Part shown: positions 1 to 14,314 of the stretch, piece by piece
How positions within the stretch are numbered: position 1 is the stretch's first letter
Layout of the letters: each line of letters opens with the position of its first letter
Source of the DNA: Eledone cirrhosa
Taxonomy: Eukaryota
DNA: 64,000 nucleotides
Assembly: GCA_964016885.1 (NCBI GenBank)
Contig: OZ024742.1
Span: 278,566,001-278,630,000 of the forward strand
Direction of reading: 5' to 3'
The notes under the pieces: generated by a model
The model's database searches: none
What the model was told of the DNA's origin: nothing
What the model saw: only the letters and a program-made list of their open reading frames with translations
Translations under genes and position numbers: made by a program

Positions 1-854
1 GTTATTCCATTTCTGTCAACAACTTACTGGCGAAACAGATCTCTTTGGATTTGTACGTGTGTTATATAGTTATAGAGGTATTTATTTACGCTTTAATTTA
101 TATTTTTAATTATCGTGTCTATAGTCGGCCTTTCATAGGTTATAGATTCCATACCCTGGTGGTTTTTTCCTGTTTTATTGATAGCGCACTGTATATCTCT
201 CTCTAGTGTGTTACCTTTTCAACATATTGTATTTTAAAGAGCTCAGGATGTTTTCTCCTTTGAGAACATTATTTACAGGGAATGGCGAGGGTCTATGACT
301 CCGTTAATTTATCGTGATATTTCGCTGCTTATAACAGTCTTTCCCATCTCTCTGTTTGGTTGAGGACACTTCTCTGAGTGGTTTTGGGCTGCCCTTTCTA
401 GCAGCTCGTCCCTCGAGGCCACTGGTTCACTGCCCTTAAACACGCTGTGAGTTCTCTCTCCCACGTGTAGCTGATCAGTCACTTTTAAAATTCTCTTAGT
501 GTTGTCTGAAATGTATAGCCTTACACACGCTGAGGAACCGGGGTTATTCCATTTCTGTCAACAACTTACTGGCGAAACAGATCTCTTTGGATTTGTACGT
601 GTGTTATATAGTTATAGAGGTATTTATTTACGCTTTAATTTATATTTTTAATTATTGTGTCTATAGTCTGCCTTTCATAGGTTATAGATTCCATACACTG
701 GTGGTTTTTCCCTGTTTTATTGATAGCGCAGTGTATATATCTCTCTAGTGTGTTACCTTTTCAACATATTGTATTTTAAAGAGCTCAGGTTTCTCTCTCC
801 TTTGAGCACATTATTGACAGGGAATGGCGAGGGTCTATGGCTGCGTTAATTTAT

Positions 855-862
<8 letters not shown>
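1..862 (+). mobile_element. 542-bp tandem repeat with one hammerhead per unit (retrozyme-like, non-coding)
   Basis: Sequence from 1 recurs at 543 (gttattccatttctgtcaacaacttactggcgaaacagatc...) with few substitutions until it runs into (TA)n at about 862. Hammerhead 3' half at about 27-62 and a full motif at 523-604. Confidence 0.85.
523..604 (+). ncRNA. Type I hammerhead ribozyme
   Basis: Stem I acacacg/cgtgtgt, core CTGAGGA (530-536), stem II ccgg...ctgg with a long loop, GAAA (574-577), stem III acagatc/gatttgt, GUA cleavage triplet (595-597). The base of stem II is A.C rather than G-C. Confidence 0.8.
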
Positions 863-891
<29 letters not shown>

Positions 892-989
892 TATGTAGTG
901 TTTTTTGCAACATTAAATCTATAATTGGATATTTCCCTCCGGGGTTCTGTTGTTTTAATTAACCCCCCACCCACACACACACTCACACC

Positions 990-1043
<54 letters not shown>

Positions 1044-1044
<1 letters not shown>

Positions 1045-1585
1045 TAGCAGTCGTACCCGGCGTTGCACAGGATAAGGTATTTTGGAACGGGAGCCGCCTA
1101 TAAACCTAATCGTGGAAAAACTGCAAGCCTGGACAATATGTAAAGAAAATAAACCCAATACACTAATCGCTGGATAATCTTTAAGATTTTCCCCGATGAA
1201 GCAGGAAAAATGCAGGTTTTCACGTAATGCGGACCCTAGGGGATGAGGAAAATGAATTTTTTTACGTGCATAATATGCCTTGAAATTTCGGGAAAAGCGG
1301 CGGCTAGATGTACCGCCTCAAAAAAGCCCTAAAAAGCTGAAAAAATGAGGTTTTTCACCTAATGCGGGCCCTAGGCCATAAGAAAGTTGGATTCTTTTTA
1401 TGTGCGTAACACTTCATGAAACATAAGTATTACGCCTGTAAAGTTTGAAAAAAATAGGTTGCGTACTTCTCGAGTTTTAGGGATTCAAACACACAGACGC
1501 ACACACACACAGACACACACACACACAGACACACTCACTCACACACACACATACAGACAGACATCCTCTGTTTTATATATATAGA
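1044..1585 (-). mobile_element. Non-autonomous Helitron-like element
   Basis: Minus strand starts TCTATATATATAAAACAGAGG with (TGTC)n and ends with a GC-rich imperfect hairpin (cctgtgcaacgccggg) followed by gactgCTAG, next to (TA)n. Internal duplication at about 1205-1290 and 1340-1420. Confidence 0.7.
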
Positions 1586-1620
1586 CTAGCAGAAAACCAC
1601 CCGGGGGGGGGTTCTGCTAG

Positions 1621-1800
1621 TCTATATATCTAAAACAGAGAATGTCTGTCTGTCTGTCAGCTCACTAAAACTTGAGAACCATCCAACCGATTGTTTTCAA
1701 ACTTTAGACATGTAATACTTATGGTCCTGTGAGCGTTTTGAGCAAACATTATTTCAAATTTTCAATGCCCTAGGGACCGCATTAGGCGATTTAGCGTTCT
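1621..1800 (+). mobile_element. 5' part of a second, diverged Helitron-like copy
   Basis: Starts TCTATATATCTAAAACAGAG then (TGTC)n. The stretch aaaacttgagaacc...ttcaaactttagacatgtaatacttatg is homologous to the reverse complement of about 1420-1480. Confidence 0.6.
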
Positions 1801-3219
1801 CTCTATATAATTCTTAGTCTTTCTTTTTAGATAGATACATAGATATAACGTTGCGCCCTTATAATATCTGTCTGTATGTCTAGCTGTCTGCATTACGTCA
1901 TTATGACGCGCTCAGCGCGATTGCCTCGGCCTCAGTGACCAAAGACAGTGGAGAGGGGAAGGTAATGTTTCTGTAGCACGTGTTTTAGCGTCTATTCACT
2001 CTCTCTCTCTCCCCCTCTCCCTCCCGCTATCCCCCTCTCGTAGTCTGTCTCTTTCTTTCACTCTCACTCTCTCTCTACGCACGTGTTTCCACTGTCGGAC
2101 AGACAGAGAAATTGCTGGTTATATATATAAGTAGATAAGCCGAAGCTCATCAGTGGGCCCTCTTAATAATTAGATATTAACTGTTTATAAGTATGTTTGA
2201 GTCGAGATAAACATTCATTGTCAGGTCATGGACAGTGGTAGGGATGTAGAACTGCTAAAAATAGCTCACTCATAAGCTGTGTAGCAACTCTAACAAGATA
2301 TTGAAAATATCTAACGTAAACTACAAATGAATATATATTGATGTACAAAATATCGACATACATATATATGACTATGCACACACTCACGCATACATACACA
2401 CATACACGTACGCAGACTTATACAAGCACACATATACACGCATGCACACACACAGATACACACACACACGCGCGCGCACACACACACACACGCACACACT
2501 CACACACACATACATATATATATATTATTGCTGTCTTGGTACTGGATTGCTAAAAAAGCTGAACAATACGTTTTTGTGAATGAGGTATTTTGAACTCTTA
2601 CCGATGAAATTTGATTCCTCGCTTGAAATTTATACGGAAACTCTCTTGGCCACAGCAGTGGACTATCAGCAGCTTTAGTGGTCAGAAACTCACAAAGACA
2701 AAGATTTTTAAACTGAACATAGGTCCCCGAGATTAAGTCATGATTAACCTACAGGTTTAACATTGTCAGGTTCATTTGAACCGTTAGGCGGAATTAGGAC
2801 TTCTGTTCAAGGATGTTTATTTCAATACTCGAGGTCTATCACTTATGTTACATCGCATTGAAACGAATGTAGAACATTTCACGTTTCGATACATACCGTA
2901 TATATACAGAGCCCCCGCATGTATACCTAAATATATGTCTACATGTGTTTGAATGCTCAAGTACCGCAATATAAGATGAATATGTGAAAATATCGCAAAT
3001 CACTGACACATGCATACACATATAGGGCGTGAGAGAGAGAAAGAATATGTGAGATAGCTGAAGAATTTGACGTACGAAAAATTACGTGGGACATATGATC
3101 GTGTTCATTTTCTTTTGTTCGCAGCTAATGATTTATGAACGATCTCACGGTTATATGAATGTGTACATATGCTGTTACATGGATATTGATATACGGAGTA
3201 TACATATAGACAACTCCTT

Positions 3220-3293
<74 letters not shown>

Positions 3294-3308
3294 TATACAC
3301 ACACACAC

Positions 3309-3339
<31 letters not shown>

Positions 3340-3471
3340 GTTAGAGAAGCAAAAAATTGCTTATTGTGATCCAGTTTTTGGTTAAGAAAGCCAGTTTCAT
3401 GAATGGTTTCAACGTACAGTGAGGGGTAACTCCACAAGTTTGTAAGAATTCCGTTCAATCTTGGAGTATAA

Positions 3472-3696
<225 letters not shown>

Positions 3697-3902
3697 TGAG
3701 TAAGTTGTGGTTACTAGCTGTATCAGTTCGGATGGAACTGTCCTTGTAAACTCGCATATCTGAAAAGCTGTCGGTTAAGACACGGGATCTGATTTCTTAA
3801 TCAACCCGAGCTGATACAGTTGTAATTTGCAAGCGGCAAATCTGACTTCTAAACATCTCTCTCTCACTCTCTCTCACACACAACACACTCTCTCTCCCTC
3901 TT

Positions 3903-3988
<86 letters not shown>

Positions 3989-4241
3989 TACGTACTTCAT
4001 CAGGCGACGAATGCGTATCAAAAGTGGAAATAAAGATACAGAGAGAGAAAGAGGGGGGGAATAAAGAAAGAAGGAGAAATGGACTAGGTGAAAGAGAGAG
4101 AGATAGGGATAAATAGATCGATATACACACACACATGCACATAGGCACACATATATATATATATACGGATGTATATATCTTTGACATAATTAAACACGCT
4201 GAAAACAAGGAGACGCAATTGTTACGCATGAAAACATATAG

Positions 4242-4290
<49 letters not shown>

Positions 4291-4376
4291 CACATACATA
4301 TAAAATAAATCTGGAACACACCATGATGATATTTCATATTGAAATAGTAATAGTAAAACAATAAAAAAAATATTGT

Positions 4377-4436
<60 letters not shown>

Positions 4437-4620
4437 AAATGAAATCATAATGATTATTTCTGTCAGACAATTTTATTGTTGGTCTCGTTTTCCATAATAA
4501 CTTTAAAGATGTAACAAGATTTTCATTTTCAAACAAGAAACAGAATTCGGTTATTAATACGCCGTTATTGTTATTATAATATATATCTCTAAATATCTAT
4601 ATATATAACCTAAAGAAATA

Positions 4621-4681
<61 letters not shown>

Positions 4682-4746
4682 GAGAGAGAGAGAGAGGGAG
4701 AGAGAAGTAATAACATATATATATATATATATTATTATGTATATAT

Positions 4747-4810
<64 letters not shown>

Positions 4811-4914
4811 AATAACATATATATATATATATATATAACAAAATATAACATATACGTATCATACACACACTATATATATATATATATATTTATATATATA
4901 AATATATGTATATG

Positions 4915-4989
<75 letters not shown>

Positions 4990-5437
4990 GTATATTTAAA
5001 TGTTTAGGTATATGTAAATACATACACACACGCATGCTTACATATTCATACATAGATACATACATATATATATATATATACACGCATATATACATAGATA
5101 CATACATATATGCCACATACATAGAAACATACATACATAGATACATTACATACAAACGTACATACATACATACATACATATACTCATAAATACATATATA
5201 CATACATACATACACATACACACATACAAACTCATACATTTTTTGTCCTTATTCAGAATTACGTCTTCCAATTTCGTAAAGTTTCCACCAGGGAAAATAT
5301 CTAAACGGTTTTCAATGCATAAGTAGATTGCTAATACAATTAAAGTCTCTAATGTACAGTACTGAATTCAGATGTAAACCAAGAAGTCAAATAGTTATAC
5401 ATTAATACCGTAATCTTAATGTAAACATATATGTGTA

Positions 5438-5524
<87 letters not shown>

Positions 5525-5526
5525 AT

Positions 5527-5630
<104 letters not shown>

Positions 5631-5826
5631 TGTATATATATATATATATATATATATAAATACCTTTGTATCCATACGTCTCACACACATGTACACGTGT
5701 ATTGAGAGATTCAGAGTGGGAGGGCGAGAAGCGTATATCCAAACATATCTATACGCATATAATATTTCACTCTCTGTATATACCTGTATGTGTGTATGTA
5801 CATCTCCCTCTCTCTATCTCTCTCTG

Positions 5827-5865
<39 letters not shown>

Positions 5866-5866
5866 G

Positions 5867-5932
<66 letters not shown>

Positions 5933-6069
5933 ATTGAAAGTGTATACGAAATCTCATTCAAGTTAAAGCAAAACACTGTCTCGTATATCATTGTGTATGT
6001 TCGTTCATTATTGTATAATAGAACCGTTACACGGTTTTACGGTCGAAATGTACGTAAATTTATTTCGTA

Positions 6070-6500
6070 CTAGCAGAGGTAGACGGCGTTGCTCGGGTAT
6101 TAAATAGCAGTTATGTATACCATTTATGTCAATACTTCAGTGGTGCTTTACAAAATCATCGACATTTTACAAAAGGGGGTTCCTTCCCCCAGGGGTCCCC
6201 TACTCAATATGTACCAACTCTGAACGTTCACATTCATCTGTAGAACAAACGCATCCCATGTGTCAAGTTTTGTGAAAATCGGTTGCGAACTCCAGAAGTT
6301 ATGACGTTTTGTTGCATTGCACTGCAGTGCTTCAGTCGACTCCAAGGAAGTGGTTAAAGTGGTTAAAGGGGGTTATCTCCCGGGAGGCCCTATAATCATT
6401 ATCTGGAAAAATTAAAGTGCCCATGACCATCCGGAGTACATAAGTAACCTATGTCTTAAGTTTGGTGAAAATACTGTGGAAATGCATAAGGTTTACCCAC
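6070..6500 (-). mobile_element. Helitron-like 3' portion
   Basis: Minus strand ends cccgagcaacgccgtctacctctgCTAG, matching the terminus at 1044. Internal similarity to about 1090-1140 (ataa...gtggaaaaa / atctggaaaaa). Confidence 0.55.
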
Positions 6501-6654
6501 GCGCGCGTGCGTGTGTGTGTATGTGTGTGTGTGTATGTGTTTCTGTATGTGTATGTATATGTGTGTGCGTATGTATATGTATGTGTATGTACGTCGGCGC
6601 ATACGTATGTACTGGCCTAAATCTTCACTATTTACTTTTACTATTTTAAGGCAA

Positions 6655-6772
6655 AGTTAAAATGCCGTCGAGGTTAACTTTGCCTTTCATCCTTACGGGG
6701 GTCGATAAAATAAAGTACCAGTAATGTACCAGGTAATTGCTGGCCTTGTGCCAAAAGTAGAAACAACTATTC
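6655..6772 (+). mobile_element. tRNA-derived SINE (family A), 5'-truncated
   Basis: Core gaggttaactttgcctttcatccttacgggggtcgataaaataaagtaccag...ggccttgtgccaaaagtagaaac, shared with more than 10 copies in the window. Confidence 0.85.
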
Positions 6773-6929
6773 TAATAACCTCTGTCATTTTCGTTTACAA
6801 TTTTATTTACATCATTCTTAAACTCCGGGGCTGGAAATTATTCGATTATTTTAAATAGAATATTAGTCTAACGACTCCATTTACACCATAAACTTGGTCT
6901 TGTCTTTGCATGAAATTGTTCTTCTCGGG

Positions 6930-7130
6930 CCACATAACGACGTATTATCCTCACTTTTTTCCTTTCATTACCAGAAAACGTCTTCACGAACAAAAATATG
7001 GTCTTCCTGTTTTCCTTCGGTTGCAACGTTTCTCGAAATATTTAATTCTGCGTTCACAGATTGAATTTTTTAGTTTAAGAAGATCCCGTTAATGTTGAAA
7101 GCAGCGATTCTTTGCTTAAACTTTCTTTCT
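6930..7130 (+). repeat. Dispersed repeat, homologous to 23390-23580 (opposite strand)
   Basis: Shared ...cggttgcaacgttt...ttctgcgtt(c/t)acagattga...gaagatcccgtt...aaagcagcgattctttgcttaaacttt. Confidence 0.8.
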
Positions 7131-7244
7131 TTCTCAACACCTCTCCCTTTTTTCTCATACCCTCTCTCTCTCTCTCTTTCTCTCTCTCTCACTCATACCT
7201 CCTCTCTCTCTCTTCCTCTACAGAATCGAGAACAATAAAGAACG

Positions 7245-7284
<40 letters not shown>

Positions 7285-7447
7285 TCTCTCTCTCTCTCTG
7301 TCTTTATATATATATGTGTTTGTGTGTGTGTGTGTGAACCAGCGTTCGTGGCCATTCTCTCTATCTGTCTCTCTATCTGATTATCTTGTACCTCTCTCTG
7401 TATAACGACCTATCTTACTCTCTCTCTCTACATCTCCCTGTCTCTCT

Positions 7448-7480
<33 letters not shown>

Positions 7481-8214
7481 GTGTGTGTGATATATATATA
7501 GAGAGAGTTGCAGCATGTATGTAGTTTCATAGATTTTTGAGGGTAGTAGTGTATTCAAATAGCCTTGTTTTCAAGTAAAACAATTTTATTCATAGTTGCA
7601 CAAACAACATTACAAATAGTTTGCAATTCCTCCAGAATGAAAATATAAACAGAGCATATAAATACAGTAGAATAACATAACAAATATGTTTTATATATAC
7701 ATATACATAAATAACATTACAAATGCCTCGGTAACACTACAAAGGATGATACAATGAAAGGTATATTCCTCCAATGTTACAATATTAAAGAAAATGTAAA
7801 GGAAGGGGGGAACAACGGAGCCAACACCAGAGCAAAAGACAACAGCGTCGGGAGTACTGGGCAACCTCTCTAATGATTTTTGAGGAAGGCCAGCACACTC
7901 GCAGCGTTGTCTCGGGTGATGGCGAGGCTGATTCGGTGAAATATTGTTTTAAAAGACTTTTTAATGGAAATGAAGCAAAATGGAAGCTTAATGTTGAAAC
8001 TTCGAACTCATGAATTTTGCAGGTTAAAATTTTGCTGGGTCGAAAACTGTTCGCGTATTTTTGTACTTTTGCACGCCTAGTTTGTTCGTAACGTAAATAG
8101 ATAAACAAATGACGCCATAAAAGGGAAATAACTCGTCTCTCATCTCTATTTATACATTTGAACTGAAAAATCAATACATTACAAATTCGATTTTTGCACT
8201 TGGCTTGGGTCGAT

Positions 8215-8390
8215 TTGATAATTTTTCAGACCAATGTTTCCGCAGGACCTTCATTTTTCAGTGTAACAATTTCACCGAAATTTGAACGTACGGTTTAGGA
8301 GGAGATGTATGCCGATCCTTTTAGTAGAGAGACAGACAGACATACAGACAGACAGACAGACAGCAGACAACCTAAGTTTTGTATATATAT
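8215..8390 (-). mobile_element. Helitron-like 5' portion
   Basis: (ACAG)n followed by ...gttttgtatatatat, the same organisation as about 1490-1585. Confidence 0.45.
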
Positions 8391-8668
8391 ATTATGCTGT
8401 GTCGTCTAAGAATATATAGCTAAACACATGGAAAACTATACGATATGTTGGGTATTATAAACGGCCCAAGATATTTTGAGTGTTTTATACTATATTATTC
8501 CACGGACATCAATTCGGTTTTCGCCGTTGTGGTTACAATGAGGTCCTTGTTCATTTTTGTCTTCTCTTACGACACAAATACATCATATGCATGATTCGGA
8601 TTTTAACATGAGTAATGCTACTTGAGCAAGGATTGTTACTGTTTATATGTTTAATCTGTGTAGAAACA

Positions 8669-8719
<51 letters not shown>

Positions 8720-8720
<1 letters not shown>

Positions 8721-8884
8721 CACATATACCAGTAACAAAAGAATTGATTTGTTAGTTCGTCATTAGGTTTATTGAATAGTGACGTGCATTTTGAGATTTA
8801 TCAGCTCATGGTTCGATCTGTACCAATTTGGCCCGACTCTGGAACCAAAACCTCGTCCGATTTCTGTTATGGTAATGACAGAAT

Positions 8885-8885
<1 letters not shown>
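8720..8885 (-). repeat. (TA)n-flanked repeat, decayed member of the long-stem-II hammerhead family
   Basis: Minus strand ttccagagtcggg...gatcgaaccatgagctg resembles tttcagagtcagg...gatcgtacctcgagctg at about 33040-33085. The core is decayed (CGGACGA...CAAAA). Confidence 0.5.
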
Positions 8886-8925
<40 letters not shown>

Positions 8926-10544
8926 TGCTAGTACTTGTATCGGCGTTTATCCAGAGAGTACGTTGTCCCAGCTCCAAACATTGCATCCATAGCATCGGTT
9001 GCATTTGCTTGTTCTGCACGGCAATCCCAGGTGCCATACATATATATTGTCACCCAGTTATTTCCAAGGACATACACCATATATGCGAGGACCAGATATT
9101 ACCCCGAAATGTGCAACCATGCCAATCTACGTTTTTAAATGTTCACCACACCATTTAGAACACCAAGGGAGGGGCTCAGACACATCACCGTTGTTGTGTT
9201 CACATCGTGGGCGGCATTTCACGTGTTCAAAGGAATGGAAGGGCTTTTTTAGTAGGGAATCTATCTGACATCGGTGATGAATTTTGGAGATTGTTACAAA
9301 ATCCAATGCTCGAACATGGAGGACTAGGTGAAGAGATCATAAATCATTGTTAGTTTGAAAACACAAGGATGGAAACGGTTTTATTCAGAAGTATTCTCAA
9401 ACACAATTTCCAGCATCACCAGATTCGACAAGTCTATCTTATTTGAATAGCTGGAACTTCTTGACATATCGAACAAATCCTTTTCAAATCACAGTGGGAA
9501 ATATTAGCTAATCATATTCTATGTGGACTATGTTTCAAAGAAGAAAGACTATAGAGTATTCTCAACTGAAATGCATTTAAATTTAGATCTGCTCGATCAG
9601 GGCGACAGGAAAAATAACAAAATCTCCATATAAGATATTTATACCTTCTGAGAACCCCCCCTCCCATTACCACCACCATCAGCCACAAGCATCGTGATGA
9701 ATTACCTCAAACATAACTACGAGAAGCTACTAATCTTGTCACCACTATCTGAAACCTTCAACCATATCCATGATCATTAACCGCCAAAATGCCACATAAA
9801 CTATAGCACATTTACAACGTATAAATACTGACACGATAACATATAAACAATACACTTAAATCCAATAATTCCATCCACAAATATAAACCTTATAAACATA
9901 ACACACAGAGAATAAAACATACTGCAATATTACACCAACGGAGTTGAAACCTCATTTATGAAACTTTAAACAAAAAATAAACGGTATAATGACACACGGT
10001 ATATACATTACGATAATACATGAAACCATTTTGTCATCCCAACACACAATTTCCATAAATTCTCAAATTACACTCTGATAAGTTAGGCAGTAAAACCATA
10101 AGGACTGATAACATACATAACATCATGCATCCAGTACATAAATACCATAAAAGATTCTGGAACATTAATAGGGCACGCCATTACATTTGAAATGTAAACA
10201 CTGGGAAAAAATGAAACAACAAAATAACAAAAAAAACAAGCAGTAACACGAAACATATCAATATAATAAACATACACAAACCACCAATAACTTCAGCATA
10301 CATATCCTATGATGGGAGCCAATACGTTGACGCATCGCTTTTCAGAAATACCAGTATGATATTCAATAAATAAATTTGACCGTCCATTTATCTGTGACCC
10401 TAGAGCCCTTGCCTTTCCCTTCCTTATCCGTTTCCATATCAACAAAAGACACTTGGAATTTGTACAGTAAATATAATATATTTTGGATACATCTACGTAT
10501 TACACATCAACTCGATTGCACCTTAATAGCTTGAGTAATCCACA

Positions 10545-10790
10545 TGCACGGTTTAAATTAAGTCGCCAGCCAACTTATCTTGAGAATGTATGACGGGGTA
10601 TAAGCGTTGAATTACAGGTACAGTCACTCATGCGGGTTTCTACACAGTTTCTGTCTACTAAACTTCATTCTCATGGCTTAAGTTGATCCGGGGATTTAAT
10701 AAATACATTCAAGATATTAAGCAGAGTAATCGAACCTGGGACTTTATGATTATAAAGCAAAGTTCTTGGTCCCTTTGCGATGCCTGTGTC
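10545..10790 (-). mobile_element. Decayed SINE of a second family
   Basis: gtttctacacagtttctgtctac...gatccgggg...atcgaacctggg: a B-box-like GGTTCGAT on the minus strand. Resembles an abundant octopus SINE from memory, not verified. Confidence 0.45.
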
Positions 10791-11389
10791 TATTAATGTT
10801 TTTCTGTATTTTCTTAGGAAATACAGGATGGTACAGCGAAGTTAGAACAAACCTCATTCACATGATTCGTTTTTAAAATGTTTTTTTTTTTCACATGGGA
10901 AGTATTTCTATTGAAGACCTAGCATATTATCTTCTCATTGCAGACCTGTCAACACTCCTCGTCCGATGTGGAGATCATCCATCCACTTTGGAGTGGGTGA
11001 GAGATGTCTTCACTTGCGAAAATGGTTATAGCTTTAATTATGTAAAATTTCCCCATTTTCCCTCTCTCCCCTTTTGGGGGCACTTGTTTATCATGGTATT
11101 CCACGTCTGGAATTTTAGAGGTTGGGAGGTCTGTCACTGGAACTAATATGCTATTGCATTTAAAAATTGGGTTAAACAAATAAAAGATATAAGCTAATTT
11201 TCATCCATAGAGATATCTAAATTTGATTAAATCTTAAAGTAAACATCGTGCAACTCAGCAGCAAGCGACTGAAAGTAGTAAAAACCTCATTGCGGTGCTG
11301 TTTAAAAAGCAATAGGTACAGAAGAAAAGTAAATACTAAGCAAGAAAAAGACAATTGTTCAAATCTTCGAAATTGATACTAATTTTGCC

Positions 11390-11930
11390 TGGATTGGCAG
11401 TATCGGTGGAGAGTCGGACGCCATGCACTGCAGCAAAGAGTTACGGCCCTTTATAGTCTGAGTTCAAATCTCGCCGAGGTTAACTTTGCCTTTCATCTTT
11501 ACGGGGTCGATAAAATAAGGCACCAGTAACGTACTGGGGTCGATTTAATCGACTTTCCCCTCCCCCAAACTTACTGGCCTTGTACCTATACTAGAAAACA
11601 TTTTACTCTTTGCCTTTCATCCTTACGAGGTCGATAAAATAAAGTACCAGTAATGCACTGGGATAATTGATGGCCTGGTGCCAAAAGTAGAAACAATTAT
11701 TACTATTATGGTTTCGCATTATCGGTAAAGCGTCAGACAGCATGCTTTGTGACATAGATTTACGGCCCTTTACGGTCTGTGTTCAAATCCCACCGAGGTT
11801 AGCTTTGCCTTTCATCCTTACGGGCTGGATAAAATAAAGTACCCTTCATGGACAGGGGTCAATGTAATTGACTTTTCCTCCAGCAAAATTGCTGGCCTTG
11901 TGTCTAAATTAGAAACCATTATTATTATTG
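11390..11930 (+). mobile_element. Tandem array of about 3 family-A SINEs
   Basis: A-box-like TGGCAGTATCGG, B-box GAGTTCAAATC, conserved core and (ATT)n tails. Copies at about 11390-11600, 11608-11705 and 11710-11930. Confidence 0.85.
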
Positions 11931-14314
11931 GTTGTAGTACAGTGAACGCGTGTTATTTTAGCTCCGCAAGATGGTGAATTCTCAAGTTAGTTTTTTCGAT
12001 TGAATTGGTTGTATTTTTTGCAAAGATGTCGTGGGACTTCTGCCTTTTGGACCAAATATTTCATCGTTATGTTTTTTCCTATTTAAAAAAAAATGGACGT
12101 GAGGCGCCCCCCAAATTAGGTGTGCCGTCACGTAATGGTGACGTGAAATTTTAGAGGTAGTTCACAACAACTAGCACAATTGTCGACACACAAAGAATAA
12201 TTACCAGCACCACATGCAGCAGTGTAAGTGGCAACAACATCACCAATAGCATGAACATCGACAGCACAAACAACAGCAGCAGCAACAGCAGAACGAGTGA
12301 GAAAAGCAGCGGTGACATCAACTCTAATGAAGTTGAAAATAGCAACACCAGTACCAGCTTCAACAGTGACAGTAACACCAACTGCACCAAGAACAAAAAT
12401 ACCAGCACCAACTACAAAAGCAATAATAACAACAGCAAGAACGGGTCAGCCCAACGCAGAAAAACAAAGACAGCAACACCAACCAAAACAACAACAGCTA
12501 TAACAACAACATCAACAGCAAGAACAAGGAAAACAAAAGTGCGAACAACAATGACAACACCACCAAAAACGTTAACAACACAAACTGCAACTACGACAAC
12601 AACAAAAACACTTTTGCTGCTGCAGCAGCAAAAAAGCCCATGCTTTAGCATGGACCTCAGTGTAAAAGATAAAAAGCTGACCCAGGCATGGAAACTTATT
12701 AACAAAGAGCAAACCAGGGCCAAATTAATCGTTCCGGCAGATTCTATAGTAGCGGTGGAGAGGAAGACCGTAATTATTTGAGGTGTTTCTGCACATACTC
12801 ATAAAGTGGAGATAGAACCTTCGCTGAAATGCACCAGAGAAATGCATCAGAGTACAAAGCAATGCTATTTATGTCGGCGGACACCCTCGCTACGAGACAC
12901 CCAGTGACCACTTGCAAAACCAGCAAGGTCTTAATGTACCGCTCTGCATGGGAAGACGAACTGCAAGAGTCCGCATTTCCAGGATTCCACCAGAACTGAA
13001 CTTTTGGTGGCTCCTGGGATGCGTTATTTTGGAGGGCACAGATGCCCTCCCGATCGAGGTGACTAGAACCGCCAGGCAGGACTGGTACGGGTTTGATTTT
13101 GGGGATACTTCTCCAAGTCAGGCCTGAGGATATTAAAAGTCCCGGACACCGCCCTTCTCCAAAACGGGACGGCATTGCCAGTAATGACTGAGCGCAGAGG
13201 TCTGCATTGTTTTGTCTGGAGAGAAACAGCACATTTACGAGAGTTTTGCTCTCTGCTCAAAAATAAATGAGTCACAGTCCTCAACTACGGCTAAAGCCAC
13301 AGTGAGGACAAACGACAACACCAGCACCAGCCGCAGCAGCATTGAAAGAGGAGGCACCCCTGCAACACCAATAGCAACCGCAACACCACCAACAAGGATC
13401 ACCAAACCCACCTGCGTAGTCACAAAAAACTCTCCAACTCACCTCTCATTTAGAGTGCACAGACACTCGTTCCGCCTCATCCCCAAATGAAGATGAGGGG
13501 CACCCCTAAATCCAACAATAAAAAAAGGAAACACCAACAAGCACACAAAACACACCCACAGTAAACACAGGCACACTTACAACAACACCTACCCGACAAC
13601 CGTCAACAAAAACCAACCACCACTACCACCACCAACACTTACACAACCCCAAGTCACTAGATATGGGGGTGGTTGCAGTCAGCGGGGCCAGAATTTGCGA
13701 CACGCAAACACTTTCGACGACTATCAATTCTTCGCATCTGTTAGTCGGCCGGGAATGGGAGGCGGGTGGCAGTTCTGTTTAGCAAAGGCCTGGATCTCGA
13801 GGTAAAGGTTGATCTTCTAGGACCCGGAGGTAAGTTGATGGTACTGGAAGCTAAACATGACGTTTCCGGTACGTAAAGCTTACGGGACCAGGTCAAAAAT
13901 TTAATTAAGCAAAAGTTGACAAGTGGGGTTGTCAACATCAGGCGGTGATGAGGCTCTCAAAAGTTATATCGATAGGTTTTAGCAAATAACTAGCGTTAGA
14001 GAAAATAGAACAGATGGAGAGCTGGTAGCTAAATTAGATGAAGCTATTTGTAGTGGCATAGCATCTGACGTGTTATTAGCGAGAATAGCATTTGACTATT
14101 TCTTCAGATGAGGCTATGTAGTCGGTCCCGGTAACGTAGACTATATGTAGCCGGTAAGAGTGGTTATCTCCCCTATTGGGGAATTTTCATTGTTGTATTT
14201 TATTGTTATTTTGTTATTGTCATTTATACTGTTTACACGTATGTATGTAAAAACCCCACTGCCCCTGACTTTTGTATTGTCCCGTACATATCGGTCCTCG
14301 TGGCCAATAAAGAA

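Noticed and set aside
2138-2160. Hammerhead start CTGATGA-GC-TTCG-GC on the minus strand
   Set aside because: No GAAA or stem III; truncated by a Helitron-like end at about 2137.
2595-2640. CCGATGA...GAAA spacing
   Set aside because: Mutated core and no convincing stems.
3385-3425. Possible decayed hammerhead on the minus strand (ctgtacg-t-tgaa-acca-ttca-t-gaaac)
   Set aside because: Core too degenerate and no stem I, so it cannot be distinguished from chance.
3716-3822. Imperfect 17-bp inverted repeat as a MITE
   Set aside because: Short, no TSD, single copy in the window.
3990-4012. CTGATGAAG on the minus strand next to (TA)n
   Set aside because: Only the 5' half of the core is present.
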